Shown: in pieces, positions 8,869 through 17,416 of the stretch
Layout of the letters: each line of letters opens with the position of its first letter
How positions within the stretch are numbered: the stretch's first letter is position 1
Source of the DNA: Candidatus Peribacteraceae bacterium
GTDB taxonomy: Bacteria; Patescibacteriota; Gracilibacteria; Peribacterales; Peribacteraceae
Assembly: GCA_028711345.1 (NCBI GenBank)
Contig: JAQTSK010000001.1
Span: forward strand, 11,961-75,960
Reading direction: 5' to 3'
Length of the DNA stretch: 64,000 bases
Position numbers and translations under genes: made by a program
Notes under the pieces: model-generated
What the model was told of the DNA's origin: nothing
What the model saw: only the letters and a program-made list of their open reading frames with translations
Database searches by the model: none

Positions 8869-10521
8869 TCATTTCGAACGCTGACGCATGCGGACGACCG
8901 TCATTGCGTACCCGCCCTCTTCAATGGAAAAGGTGTCATCCACCTCGAATCGGGTCAGCAGCAGTTCTTTCGCCTCCCGATTGTCGAGGTTCGGGAATTC
9001 GAAGAAGTGCACCTCGTCCGGAAGAGTCGGAGACCTGAGCAATGATTCCGGATTGATGAAGACGGGATGAAGCGCTTGCGGGTCTTCCGTAAAGCGGAAT
9101 GTCACCGGGTCGACTCCGCTCGGGAACGACCCCCAGTATTTGTCCGGCTTGTCGATGAACATATTCCTGTGTGCCACCAGCACGCTCGCGCCGTTCGGCT
9201 GGAGGGTGCGTATCGCCAGCTCCGTGACCGTGCGCAATTTCTGATGCTGGAGATTGTAGACGAGTTGATCTCTTCCTTGCCCGCAACAAGGATCTTCGGC
9301 CGCAGGCCCCATGGAGTAGAAGCGGTGTTCGCCGAAGGGGAATGTTCCATACAGAAAGCGCGACACCGGGTCGTTGCTCCTCGTGAGCGCGGACAGTTGT
9401 AGGATGAAGATTGCCGACAGCAGCAATCCTCCGTTGAACCACCGGTTCCATCGGATGAGGTGGAGACAGCCGGCGAACAGCAGGATCCCGACGGGGACGA
9501 GCGGCATGACGTAGCGCACGTTGTTGTAGGGAACCCTGAAGATCAACAGCATGATTCCTATGAGGTAGATCAAGCCGAAGAACGTCAGCATTCGCATCAG
9601 AGGTGCGTCATGCAGAGAACGACTGCGCTCAGCTCTCAGCAGCAGAACAGACGCAATGAGAATCACAGATGTTTGAATCCATTGGAATTGGAACAGGAGG
9701 ATGTCAGAGACCAGAATCGCCGTACGGCGGAGAGACGGCTCCGCAAACATCCCGGATTCCAGATGGACCGGCGCAACGTCATAGAGCAGAATGAGCAGTA
9801 TCGCACATATGACATATGCCGCCAGAGGGAGCAGAAGAAACCAGTAACGCCGGACGGTGGAAAGGATCATCTCCTTCGTGATCCCCGGGTTTTCTTGTGA
9901 TAGAAGTACGAACAGCAGGACGGTGATTCCGTAGAGAACAAACCCCGTTTCCTTCGTGAAAGCAAGGCACAGCGCCGCAAGCGTTGCCGGTATCCAGTGA
10001 CGGCGGAGCAACAATGCGAGGAAAATCGGAAACATCAGCATGACGCCGAGATCCGTGTTGAATCCGATCAAATTTCCGAGGAAGACGGGATGCGTTCCAA
10101 GCAGCAGCAGCGAGCCGATCCGGAGCAAAACTGCTTCCTTCGCAGGCACCATCAATCTCAGGATGGACGAGAGGGCGATCAGCGACATCGCTGCCATGGT
10201 CAGCAGCACTGCATGCATCGCCGCAACGTTCCCGGGGAGGAGAAGCTCGGGAATCGACAGAAGGCCTGTCAGGAAGAGGGAAGGATGCCCCGAACAGGTG
10301 AATGATGTCAGGCTCCACGGATGCTCTGCCGCAACACGCGAGCAGTCAGAAATCGTTTTGCTGTCGAAGAAGAACGGCGCAGTGATGAAGGCCGATCCGA
10401 TGACCCACATCACGCAGATCGCGGGCAAACTCTCGAGGATCATCCATGCCGCATCCGGAAGCCTTTTATGGAGAGTTTCCCTCGACTCCGCAGGAGCCGG
10501 AAGATCCGATGACACACTCAT
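8869..10521 (-). CDS. Polytopic membrane protein with C-terminal soluble domain (GT-C/ArnT-like suspected)
   Basis: About 10 or more hydrophobic helices followed by a ~170-aa hydrophilic tail. There is an ATGA overlap with the upstream gene at 10518-10521. Confidence 0.35.
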   Translation of the reverse strand: MSVSSDLPAPAESRETLHKRLPDAAWMILESLPAICVMWVIGSAFITAPFFFDSKTISDCSRVAAEHPWSLTSFTCSGHPSLFLTGLLSIPELLLPGNVAAMHAVLLTMAAMSLIALSSILRLMVPAKEAVLLRIGSLLLLGTHPVFLGNLIGFNTDLGVMLMFPIFLALLLRRHWIPATLAALCLAFTKETGFVLYGITVLLFVLLSQENPGITKEMILSTVRRYWFLLLPLAAYVICAILLILLYDVAPVHLESGMFAEPSLRRTAILVSDILLFQFQWIQTSVILIASVLLLRAERSRSLHDAPLMRMLTFFGLIYLIGIMLLIFRVPYNNVRYVMPLVPVGILLFAGCLHLIRWNRWFNGGLLLSAIFILQLSALTRSNDPVSRFLYGTFPFGEHRFYSMGPAAEDPCCGQGRDQLVYNLQHQKLRTVTELAIRTLQPNGASVLVAHRNMFIDKPDKYWGSFPSGVDPVTFRFTEDPQALHPVFINPESLLRSPTLPDEVHFFEFPNLDNREAKELLLTRFEVDDTFSIEEGGYAMTVVRMRQRSK

Positions 10522-10874
10522 TTCTGAGGGAATGAATATTGCTTCATCAGTTCATCAACGAGTCCCTGCCCCTGACCCTTCGTGTACTCGGCCGCCGACG
10601 ATGCAGCCTGATTTGCGATCATTTTCATGAGTTCTTCACCGTGGCTGGCGAAATACCACAGGCTTCCGAGGACGACGACGACGGGTATCAGTCCGATGAG
10701 TCCGCGGATGAATCCTCCGACGGTTCTCAGTCTGTCGCGTTTATTCATTTGATCGAGGTACAGGACAATCGCATCCAGCTTCTCGTCATTGTTCATCGGC
10801 TTTGTGTCGGGCTGCATACTGAAATTGCGGAAGATGTATGCGAATTGTACGCCTGAAATGCTGTTGAGGCACAT
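10518..10874 (-). CDS. Small single-pass membrane protein
   Basis: One strong TM segment (LIGLIPVVVVLGSLWYF). Translationally coupled to 8869-10521. The start is uncertain; ATG at 10817 is possible. Confidence 0.4.
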   Translation of the reverse strand: MCLNSISGVQFAYIFRNFSMQPDTKPMNNDEKLDAIVLYLDQMNKRDRLRTVGGFIRGLIGLIPVVVVLGSLWYFASHGEELMKMIANQAASSAAEYTKGQGQGLVDELMKQYSFPQK

Positions 10875-10927
10875 TGTTTCGCTTGCTCCAGTTGGAAGTG
10901 ACCGGACATTGTTATAGAGTATTCCGC

Positions 10928-11137
10928 ATGCACCCCGCCCTCCTCCCTCCCACTCTTTATTTCTGGCTCATTCCGCTCCTTCTCGTTGATCTTGTCTTGA
11001 GGGGGATGGCACTCTGGAGCTCCGCACAGCGCAAGCAGCTCGCATGGTTCATTGCGTTGCTGGTCCTCAACTCCGCGGGGATCCTGCCGCTCATCTATCT
11101 CCTTGTCTATGGACTGAAAACGAAGAGGGCGAAGTAA
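10928..11137 (+). CDS. Small two-TM membrane protein (DUF5652-like)
   Basis: LIPLLLVDLVLRGMALW...WFIALLVLNSAGILPLIYLL pattern. TAGAGT lies 7 nt upstream of the ATG at 10928. Confidence 0.4.
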   Translation: MHPALLPPTLYFWLIPLLLVDLVLRGMALWSSAQRKQLAWFIALLVLNSAGILPLIYLLVYGLKTKRAK

Positions 11138-11166
11138 TCCGATGATGACGGTTGTCCCAATCCTTG

Positions 11167-11220
11167 CGTAGCTGCGGTTCGAAAACCGCAGCGGCGTCGA
11201 TTATCGAATCGCCGCTACGG
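11167..11220. repeat. REP-like double-hairpin element (copy 1, left of the FemAB gene)
   Basis: Sequence is cgtagctgcggttcgaaaaccgcagcggcgtcgattatcgaatcgccgctacgg. Its reverse complement matches 12470-12523 with about 3 mismatches. Confidence 0.75.
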
Positions 11221-11270
11221 AGAACAGGATCGGCATCAAGCGGGATGCAGTGTCAGTGAAGCAAGAAAGA

Positions 11271-12398
11271 TCAGAATCCGCGCTTCCACTTACGCATGGT
11301 CTCGAATGCGTACGTGAGCCAGTACTTCGGTGTCAGCGGAAGATCTCTGCAATGTATGAGCGGAAGCGAGGTTCCGCCGAAGCCGGTTTTGAAGAGGGTG
11401 ACGCCGGCAAACGGGTGGTTTTTGGTTTTTGGTTGTTGGTTTTTGGTTTCCTGATCTCCAACTTCCGATTTCCGATCCCCCATGGGTGCTATCCCCCAGA
11501 AGTTATAGATATGATCACCGCGTTTCAGTGCATCCTGTATGGCGCGCCATTGCAGCAGATAGCTTGCCGGAACTTTGGATTGCACCGATGCGCCGTGGTG
11601 GTAGCTCGTTTCGCCGAACGCATGCATGTGAACAGAGGTTGCGAGAATCTGTCCCTGATGTTTTGCAAGGTAGACTGTGCATTCATCGTTTGCTGCAAAA
11701 TGCTTCACCTGAGCGCGGAAGAAAGCATTGGAGTAGGGCGTGAATCCGTGGCGTTTCCGTGTTTCGTCGTGGAGATTGATGAATGTTTCCAGATCGGCGA
11801 CGGGATCCGAGGAAGCAGTCACTTCGACACCGTCACGCTCCGCTCTGCGGATGAGATTACGTGTGGTTTTGCGCATGGACATAAGAAATTCCTCTTCTGT
11901 GCGGGGATGACACTTGACGCTTGACGCTTGTCGCTTGTCGCTCAACCATTGATCTTCTTTTGTGAGAGGCAGATACCAAACCTGTTCCGCGAGGAGGTGG
12001 AGGGGGGAGGGAATTGTAGCTGGTAGCTGGTAGCTGGTAGCTGGTAGCGGCCAGATGGGGCTTATCCGGATGAATGAGCAACCCTTGCTCCTTGCGATAC
12101 GCTTCAGTTCTTCCATGAGGGAGAGTAATTCAGTCTGCTGGTCGCTGGTCGCTGGTCGCTGATCGCTTACGACGGGTCCATACGGCACCGACAAATGCCT
12201 TCCCCGTTTCGCATCCACAATATGCCCGAAGCAAATACCTTGAATGATGCCTTTATCTTCAATGAGGAGGCGCACAGGAGACTGCCCGATGTCACGGTAG
12301 ACCTCACCCATCGCCCAGCTCTGGAGGAACGGGCGGAAGCGTTGACGCGAGAGGAAGGCGTCCCATGCCGCGGGATCGGTGGCGGAAACAATCTGCAT
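11271..12398 (-). CDS. FemAB-family peptidoglycan interpeptide-bridge aminoacyltransferase
   Basis: N-terminal FLQSWAMGEV and C-terminal YLLQWRAIQDA...NFWGI...LFKTGFGG are typical of FemX/FemAB. First ATG is at 12398; the track start at 12404 is TTG. The gene contains four tandem-word inserts. Confidence 0.7.
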   Translation of the reverse strand: MQIVSATDPAAWDAFLSRQRFRPFLQSWAMGEVYRDIGQSPVRLLIEDKGIIQGICFGHIVDAKRGRHLSVPYGPVVSDQRPATSDQQTELLSLMEELKRIARSKGCSFIRISPIWPLPATSYQLPATIPSPLHLLAEQVWYLPLTKEDQWLSDKRQASSVKCHPRTEEEFLMSMRKTTRNLIRRAERDGVEVTASSDPVADLETFINLHDETRKRHGFTPYSNAFFRAQVKHFAANDECTVYLAKHQGQILATSVHMHAFGETSYHHGASVQSKVPASYLLQWRAIQDALKRGDHIYNFWGIAPMGDRKSEVGDQETKNQQPKTKNHPFAGVTLFKTGFGGTSLPLIHCRDLPLTPKYWLTYAFETMRKWKRGF

Positions 12399-12469
12399 GA
12401 CCAAGGAAGAGTATCAGAATACGGGAGTATGAGGGGAGGTGGTATGATACGAAATTAATCTGAATTGTA

Positions 12470-12523
12470 CCGTAGCGGCGATTCGACAATCGCCGCCGCT
12501 GCGGTTTTCGAACCGCAGCTTCG
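12470..12523. repeat. REP-like double-hairpin element (copy 2, inverted, right of the FemAB gene)
   Basis: Sequence is ccgtagcggcgattcgacaatcgccgccgctgcggttttcgaaccgcagcttcg, an inverted copy of 11167-11220. Confidence 0.75.
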
Positions 12524-12567
12524 GGAAATTTATACGATACTAATCATCGTAATTTCGTATGACAGGC

Positions 12568-13821
12568 TCAGATTCCCTTTTCCTCCTTCAGCAGCTCATC
12601 CACCCTCTTCGCCAGCCTGAGTGCCTGCGCCATCGTCATGGTCGGGTGCGTCGGCAATGAAAGAATCTGTTCGGATGTCGCTTCCGCTTCAGGATCACTG
12701 CCCCATTGATATCCGGCATTATTGAGATTGCACGTGACCGGACAGACTACGCAGCCCGTCCATCCGTCATTCAGATGAATATTCTCTCTTTTCAGCCATC
12801 TCCGTTTCTTCTCCGCATCGTGTACGAAGAGCGGGAATTTCTGCAGCGGGAGGTCGGAGGTGACTCCCTTGAGCATGGGCCAGCGGTGATCCCGGCCGAA
12901 TCGCAGGTAGAAATCCGTGAGCGTCCGGCGACGATCGTTGATTGCCGTGAGGCGCTTCAGTTCACTGAGTGCGAGAGATGCGCAGACGTTCGGCAGTTTC
13001 CAGAGGAGAGGAGACATGGAACCTCTCTTCTCAGCCATTGTCAGAACCGGAGCGATCAATCCGAGACGCTGCATGATCCACACCGCAGGTCTGAACAGTG
13101 CCGTCCCGCTCAAAGGACGGACGATACCGTGCATGCGGGTAGGGTACTCGAGGAGCCGTGCCACTTCCCACCATTTGCGATGCAGCGCCGTCCGCTCCAT
13201 CTCATTCAGTTTGCGTGAAACAGCTGGATTGCGGCTCAGAACAGCGCCTCCTTCGACCCCGGAGACAGCCTTGTCCCGGCCGAAACTCAGCAGCAGGTAT
13301 TCCCCGTGAACGCCGATATCCGCCGGTCCGCGGCTATCCGGAATGGCGTGCGCCATATCCTCGATGAGTGCGATGCCTTGTTTATCGCAAAGCTCCCGCA
13401 GAGCCCGAACGGGTGCAGGAATCCCGAACGTGTGTTGGCAGATCACCGCTTTCGTTCTGGGAGTGATGCATGCTTCCACGGATTCCACGGTCAGATTCAA
13501 CGTTTCCCGATCGATGTCCGCGTAGACGGGGACCGCGCCGGCTGCGTGGATGGCATTCGGCACTACGACGCATGTGTATCCCTGCACGATGACTTCATGA
13601 CCGGGACGGACGTCGAGCGCGCGGAGCAAAGCGAGCAACGCCTGTCGCCCCGAAGCGAAGAGCGCAGGTTCGCCGCGGAAGCGCTCCCTCAGCGCCTCTT
13701 TCAGCCGGTAGCAGGAGGTTCCACGGACATACCGCCATGGGACATAGGACAGAGCCACCGTCTTCCCGAGAAAGCTCCGATCAACGTGAGGGCCGAAGGT
13801 GTGATGGATGGGGTTCGGCAT
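12568..13821 (-). CDS. DegT/DnrJ/EryC1/StrS-family PLP-dependent aminotransferase
   Basis: SFGRDKAVSG (Schiff-base Lys context) and overall fold-type I sugar-aminotransferase layout. Confidence 0.6.
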   Translation of the reverse strand: MPNPIHHTFGPHVDRSFLGKTVALSYVPWRYVRGTSCYRLKEALRERFRGEPALFASGRQALLALLRALDVRPGHEVIVQGYTCVVVPNAIHAAGAVPVYADIDRETLNLTVESVEACITPRTKAVICQHTFGIPAPVRALRELCDKQGIALIEDMAHAIPDSRGPADIGVHGEYLLLSFGRDKAVSGVEGGAVLSRNPAVSRKLNEMERTALHRKWWEVARLLEYPTRMHGIVRPLSGTALFRPAVWIMQRLGLIAPVLTMAEKRGSMSPLLWKLPNVCASLALSELKRLTAINDRRRTLTDFYLRFGRDHRWPMLKGVTSDLPLQKFPLFVHDAEKKRRWLKRENIHLNDGWTGCVVCPVTCNLNNAGYQWGSDPEAEATSEQILSLPTHPTMTMAQALRLAKRVDELLKEEKGI

Positions 13822-13824
13822 GGA

Positions 13825-15417
13825 TTACCGGTTTCCGGTTTCCGGGTTTCGGTTTTCGGGTTTCAGAAAACGGTTGATCTGAGATTGCCGCAGACGGCCC
13901 AAGCAAACAAGCAGAGAGCCTGCAGCAATCGGTGTCGGATGGCCGGGTACGGGCTGCGCCCGTTCATCGAATCCGCCTTTACGGAAGTAGGGGAGGAAGT
14001 GCGGATCGGCGACGAAAGCACGATGAAATACTTTGGATGCCCGAAGCGCCAGATCCAGATGGATGTCTTCCTCGAATTGGCCCAATTCAATGATTCCTTC
14101 GATGAGCAGGATTTTCTCCGGGTGCGGTTGCAGAGCCGCCCAGTCGATGGCCGCCCGGACACCGTCCGGACTCGCGTTGTACGTGTCATTGAGTACAGTG
14201 ATGCCGCCTTCCTCCCGGATTTCGAATGTTCCGGGCAGCGGCATGAAGTGCTTCAGGGATTCGGCGATGTCCGCGGCGGATCGTCCGAGATGTTTTGCCA
14301 CGGCAATCGCCAGAAGTGCACTCGTCACGCTGTGCGTTCCGGGCAATGGAACATCGAACACCGTGTCCAACGATCGGAAACAGATTCCCTTACCGGTTTC
14401 CTCGATGTTATCGGCGACGATGTCCGCATCATTTCCCGTTCCGACGGTGATGACGGGACAACGGCAGAGGCGGATCAGCGCATCACTCCCCTCGTTGTCT
14501 TTGTTTGCGAATGCCCGACCGGACTCCGGGAGAGACTGGAACAGTTCGCCTTTCGCCTCCCGGATGGCGTCACGGCTTCCGAACAGGGAGAGATGCTGGT
14601 GGCCGATGTAGGTAATGACGCCGATCGTCGGTTGTGCGATGGAACAGAGGAGAGCGATTTCCCCCTTGCGGTATGCGCCCATTTCCACGATCAGAATTTT
14701 CCTTGAGTCGGCAGGCTCATCTCTGAGGACGCGACTGATCCATGCCGCCACTCCCATTTCGGTGTTCACGTGTTCGGGGGTTGCGATGGCATCGAAGGGT
14801 CGCAGCACGTGGGATATCAGCTCTTTGGTCGTCGTCTTCCCGACGCTGCCCGTGATGCCGATCACGGTGATTGTCGGATGATGTTCCCTCACCGATTTCG
14901 CACGGTTCATCACGCGTCTCTTGAGGAGAAAATCGACCGGCCTCATCACCATCCATGCGCACGCGGCGATAACAGGACCTGCGGCGGGAACCAGTGCTCC
15001 GAGGAGTACGCCGCCGTGCCATGAGAGCGGGAAGAGCAGTCCGATGAGCGTCATCGTGAGCAGGAGAGAGAACACGGTCAGGACAATCGCCTTGAGCGTC
15101 CAGACCGGCGTCTGCTGCTTTCGCAGTGCGATCTGTGCGATTGTTGTGAGGGCAAGGAGTGTCAGCAGCACCAATCCGAGCGGCAGCGCCATGACGCCTG
15201 CATCGCCGATCAGGATGAGGATGAGGGTGATGCTTCCCCAGCAGAAGAGGATCAGTGACCGCGTTCCCCCGAACAATTGCATCAGGACACCTTCGCGTCG
15301 CAGGTGTTCGAGTAACCGGTCCCACCTCCATTCCTTGATCTGCCACAGGCGCAGCAACGTCAGCAGCGGCGACAGTGCGCCAACCAGACCCAAGCCGACG
15401 GCAACGGCAGTCATCAT
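13825..15417 (-). CDS. murF: UDP-MurNAc-tripeptide--D-Ala-D-Ala ligase with N-terminal multi-TM extension
   Basis: Mur ligase P-loop ITGSVGKTTTKE and a MurF-like central and C-terminal domain. The first ~165 aa are hydrophobic helices. The C-terminal tail is encoded by CCGGTTT tandem words. Confidence 0.7.
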   Translation of the reverse strand: MMTAVAVGLGLVGALSPLLTLLRLWQIKEWRWDRLLEHLRREGVLMQLFGGTRSLILFCWGSITLILILIGDAGVMALPLGLVLLTLLALTTIAQIALRKQQTPVWTLKAIVLTVFSLLLTMTLIGLLFPLSWHGGVLLGALVPAAGPVIAACAWMVMRPVDFLLKRRVMNRAKSVREHHPTITVIGITGSVGKTTTKELISHVLRPFDAIATPEHVNTEMGVAAWISRVLRDEPADSRKILIVEMGAYRKGEIALLCSIAQPTIGVITYIGHQHLSLFGSRDAIREAKGELFQSLPESGRAFANKDNEGSDALIRLCRCPVITVGTGNDADIVADNIEETGKGICFRSLDTVFDVPLPGTHSVTSALLAIAVAKHLGRSAADIAESLKHFMPLPGTFEIREEGGITVLNDTYNASPDGVRAAIDWAALQPHPEKILLIEGIIELGQFEEDIHLDLALRASKVFHRAFVADPHFLPYFRKGGFDERAQPVPGHPTPIAAGSLLVCLGRLRQSQINRFLKPENRNPETGNR

Positions 15418-16220
15418 GCGTTCATTCTACCCCGAATCACCTCGGCGATCTCCTTGGCTTTGTCCCGATGGATCCGATGTCGCACGTTGTCGAACGGATG
15501 GAGCGTACTGCCCCGTATTTCCCGTTCCATGATCAGCGCATCGGAGAACGGCGTCATGGTGTCATTTCTGCCCCAGAAGATGTCGGTTGGAACGTTGATT
15601 GACCGGAGGAGGGGAGTAAGGTCTTCGTCCGTCACCAGCTTCAGCGTTTCTTTCATGAGCGGCGATGCGCGTTCGTAATCATGGACGCCGAGGAGCTTGT
15701 AGAGGATTGTACGTGCGGGGGATTGCAGACGTCGCAAACCGGGAATCGACAGGAATGTTTTGCCGGTCTTCGCCGCCATCAAGCCGAGGGTTTCTTTCAG
15801 TGTCGGGGGATGGGGGATGCCCGCGGCTGCGCAAAGATAGAGATGGGAGATGGTCAAGTTTCTGGTTTCCCGTTCTGGGCCTGAGGGCCCATCAGGGCCT
15901 CGAACGGCTGGTTTTTGGTTTTTGGTTGATTGCCTGTGCGCCAGCTTGATCGCGATGCGGCCGCCGTGGGAGTGGCCCAAAAGATGAATGGTTGCTGGTT
16001 GCTGGTTGCTGGTTGCTGGTTGTGCGTGTTCGATCCATTCTGTTACCCAATCCGCGTAATCATCGTTCGTCCAAGGGCGCGGGGGATCAGGTTCAAGGCC
16101 GAAGCCGGGGAGGTCGGGCGTCAGGATTTCGATGCCGCTGCCGTCCAGTGCTTTTCGCAAATCGTTGAACGATTCTTTCGAACCGCCCCAGCCGTGAATG
16201 CAGACAAGAATAGTACTCAT
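15414..16220 (-). CDS. Alpha/beta-fold hydrolase
   Basis: Nucleophile elbow GHSHGG. N-terminal ILVCIHGWGGS. There is an ATGA overlap with murF. Two tandem-word inserts are present. Confidence 0.6.
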   Translation of the reverse strand: MSTILVCIHGWGGSKESFNDLRKALDGSGIEILTPDLPGFGLEPDPPRPWTNDDYADWVTEWIEHAQPATSNQQPATIHLLGHSHGGRIAIKLAHRQSTKNQKPAVRGPDGPSGPERETRNLTISHLYLCAAAGIPHPPTLKETLGLMAAKTGKTFLSIPGLRRLQSPARTILYKLLGVHDYERASPLMKETLKLVTDEDLTPLLRSINVPTDIFWGRNDTMTPFSDALIMEREIRGSTLHPFDNVRHRIHRDKAKEIAEVIRGRMNA

Positions 16221-16254
16221 TGGCAGAAGTATAACTCAAGCAATCAGCAGGAGA

Positions 16255-16488
16255 ATGATTTTTCTACAGGGGAGCGGGTATCCACCCGCGGCGCACGGGG
16301 AGTACACTCTGCGTATGGTCACTCGGGAAATGTACTCCGACGGCACAAATCAGATCGTCATCAGCGTTGCGGATGACGGTGTGACCGTTGATGCGAAGAT
16401 CAGAACGAAGCCTCCGTACATCGGCGGGGCGAATGCGGATGCTGCACGGTCGTATGCTGCAGCTCAGGGTCTCACGTTCCATCGGTAA
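16255..16488 (+). CDS. Hypothetical small protein
   Basis: An ORF fills the gap between divergent genes and has non-repetitive composition. No motif recognised. Confidence 0.25.
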   Translation: MIFLQGSGYPPAAHGEYTLRMVTREMYSDGTNQIVISVADDGVTVDAKIRTKPPYIGGANADAARSYAAAQGLTFHR

Positions 16489-16489
16489 G

Positions 16490-17416
16490 ATGCGGTTTGT
16501 ATCCCGTTTCAGCGATTATCGGCTCGGCGAGTCTTTTGCCATGGCATATGCATTCCTTGGGAGCCTTACCCCTGTTCTGGCCGCACTCTCGTTCCAAGCT
16601 GTTTCGCCCCTTCAATCAGCTGCTGTCACGACGGGGATTTCAGCTTTCGTCTTCGCGGCGATCGCTTCATTTCGGAGGGAGTGGCAATGGCGCATTCCGG
16701 TGACGTGCGCTCGTGATATCGCCATTGCAGGCATGGCAATCGGGTTCGTGTTCTACGGCTTGTTCTTCGTCGGCCTCAAGCATACTACGCCGGGTAATGC
16801 GGCGATCATCGGACTCATGGAGGTGTTCTTCTGCTATCTCTTCCTCAATGTGCTGACGCGTCATGAATCCTTGAGCACCTCCCATGTTCTCGGGTCCATT
16901 CTCATGGTAGCGGGTGCCGCCATCGTTCTTCTCCCGGGTTTTTCGGACTGGAAATCGGGCGACATTCTCGTGCTTCTGGCTTCGGCTGTTCCGCCATTTG
17001 CGAATGCGGCACAGCAGCGCGCTCGTCGTCATGTCAGCGCTTCATTTCTTCTCTTCTGGCGTTCCGTGATCGCCACTGTTGCTCTTTTCATGCTTGCGCA
17101 TTTCCTCGACGGACCATTGCCAACTTCAGTGGACACTCGCACTGTCAGCATTCTATTACTGAACGGCATCTTTGCCTTCGGTCTTGCCAAAGTGTTCTGG
17201 ATTGAAGCCATCCATCGGATTCCTATCACGAAGACCATTGCCTTTTCCTGCATCCAGCCGCTGCTCACCATCCTCTTCGCGTATCTTTTTCTCCGTCAGT
17301 CGGCGACGGTCGTCCAGCTCCTGAGCTTCGTTCCTATGGCAGCGGGCATGTTCCTGCTCATGCGGTCACCTGGAACGGAGATTCCGCAGTCGACTAGTTC
17401 CCCAGTATCGCATTGA
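16490..17416 (+). CDS. DMT-superfamily (EamA-like) transporter
   Basis: About ten hydrophobic helices in two similar halves. The start is uncertain; ATG at 16541 is an alternative. Confidence 0.5.
   Translation: MRFVSRFSDYRLGESFAMAYAFLGSLTPVLAALSFQAVSPLQSAAVTTGISAFVFAAIASFRREWQWRIPVTCARDIAIAGMAIGFVFYGLFFVGLKHTTPGNAAIIGLMEVFFCYLFLNVLTRHESLSTSHVLGSILMVAGAAIVLLPGFSDWKSGDILVLLASAVPPFANAAQQRARRHVSASFLLFWRSVIATVALFMLAHFLDGPLPTSVDTRTVSILLLNGIFAFGLAKVFWIEAIHRIPITKTIAFSCIQPLLTILFAYLFLRQSATVVQLLSFVPMAAGMFLLMRSPGTEIPQSTSSPVSH

Noticed and set aside
13306-14706. 466-aa plus-strand ORF
   Set aside because: It is antisense to the DegT-family gene and murF, both of which have recognisable motifs.
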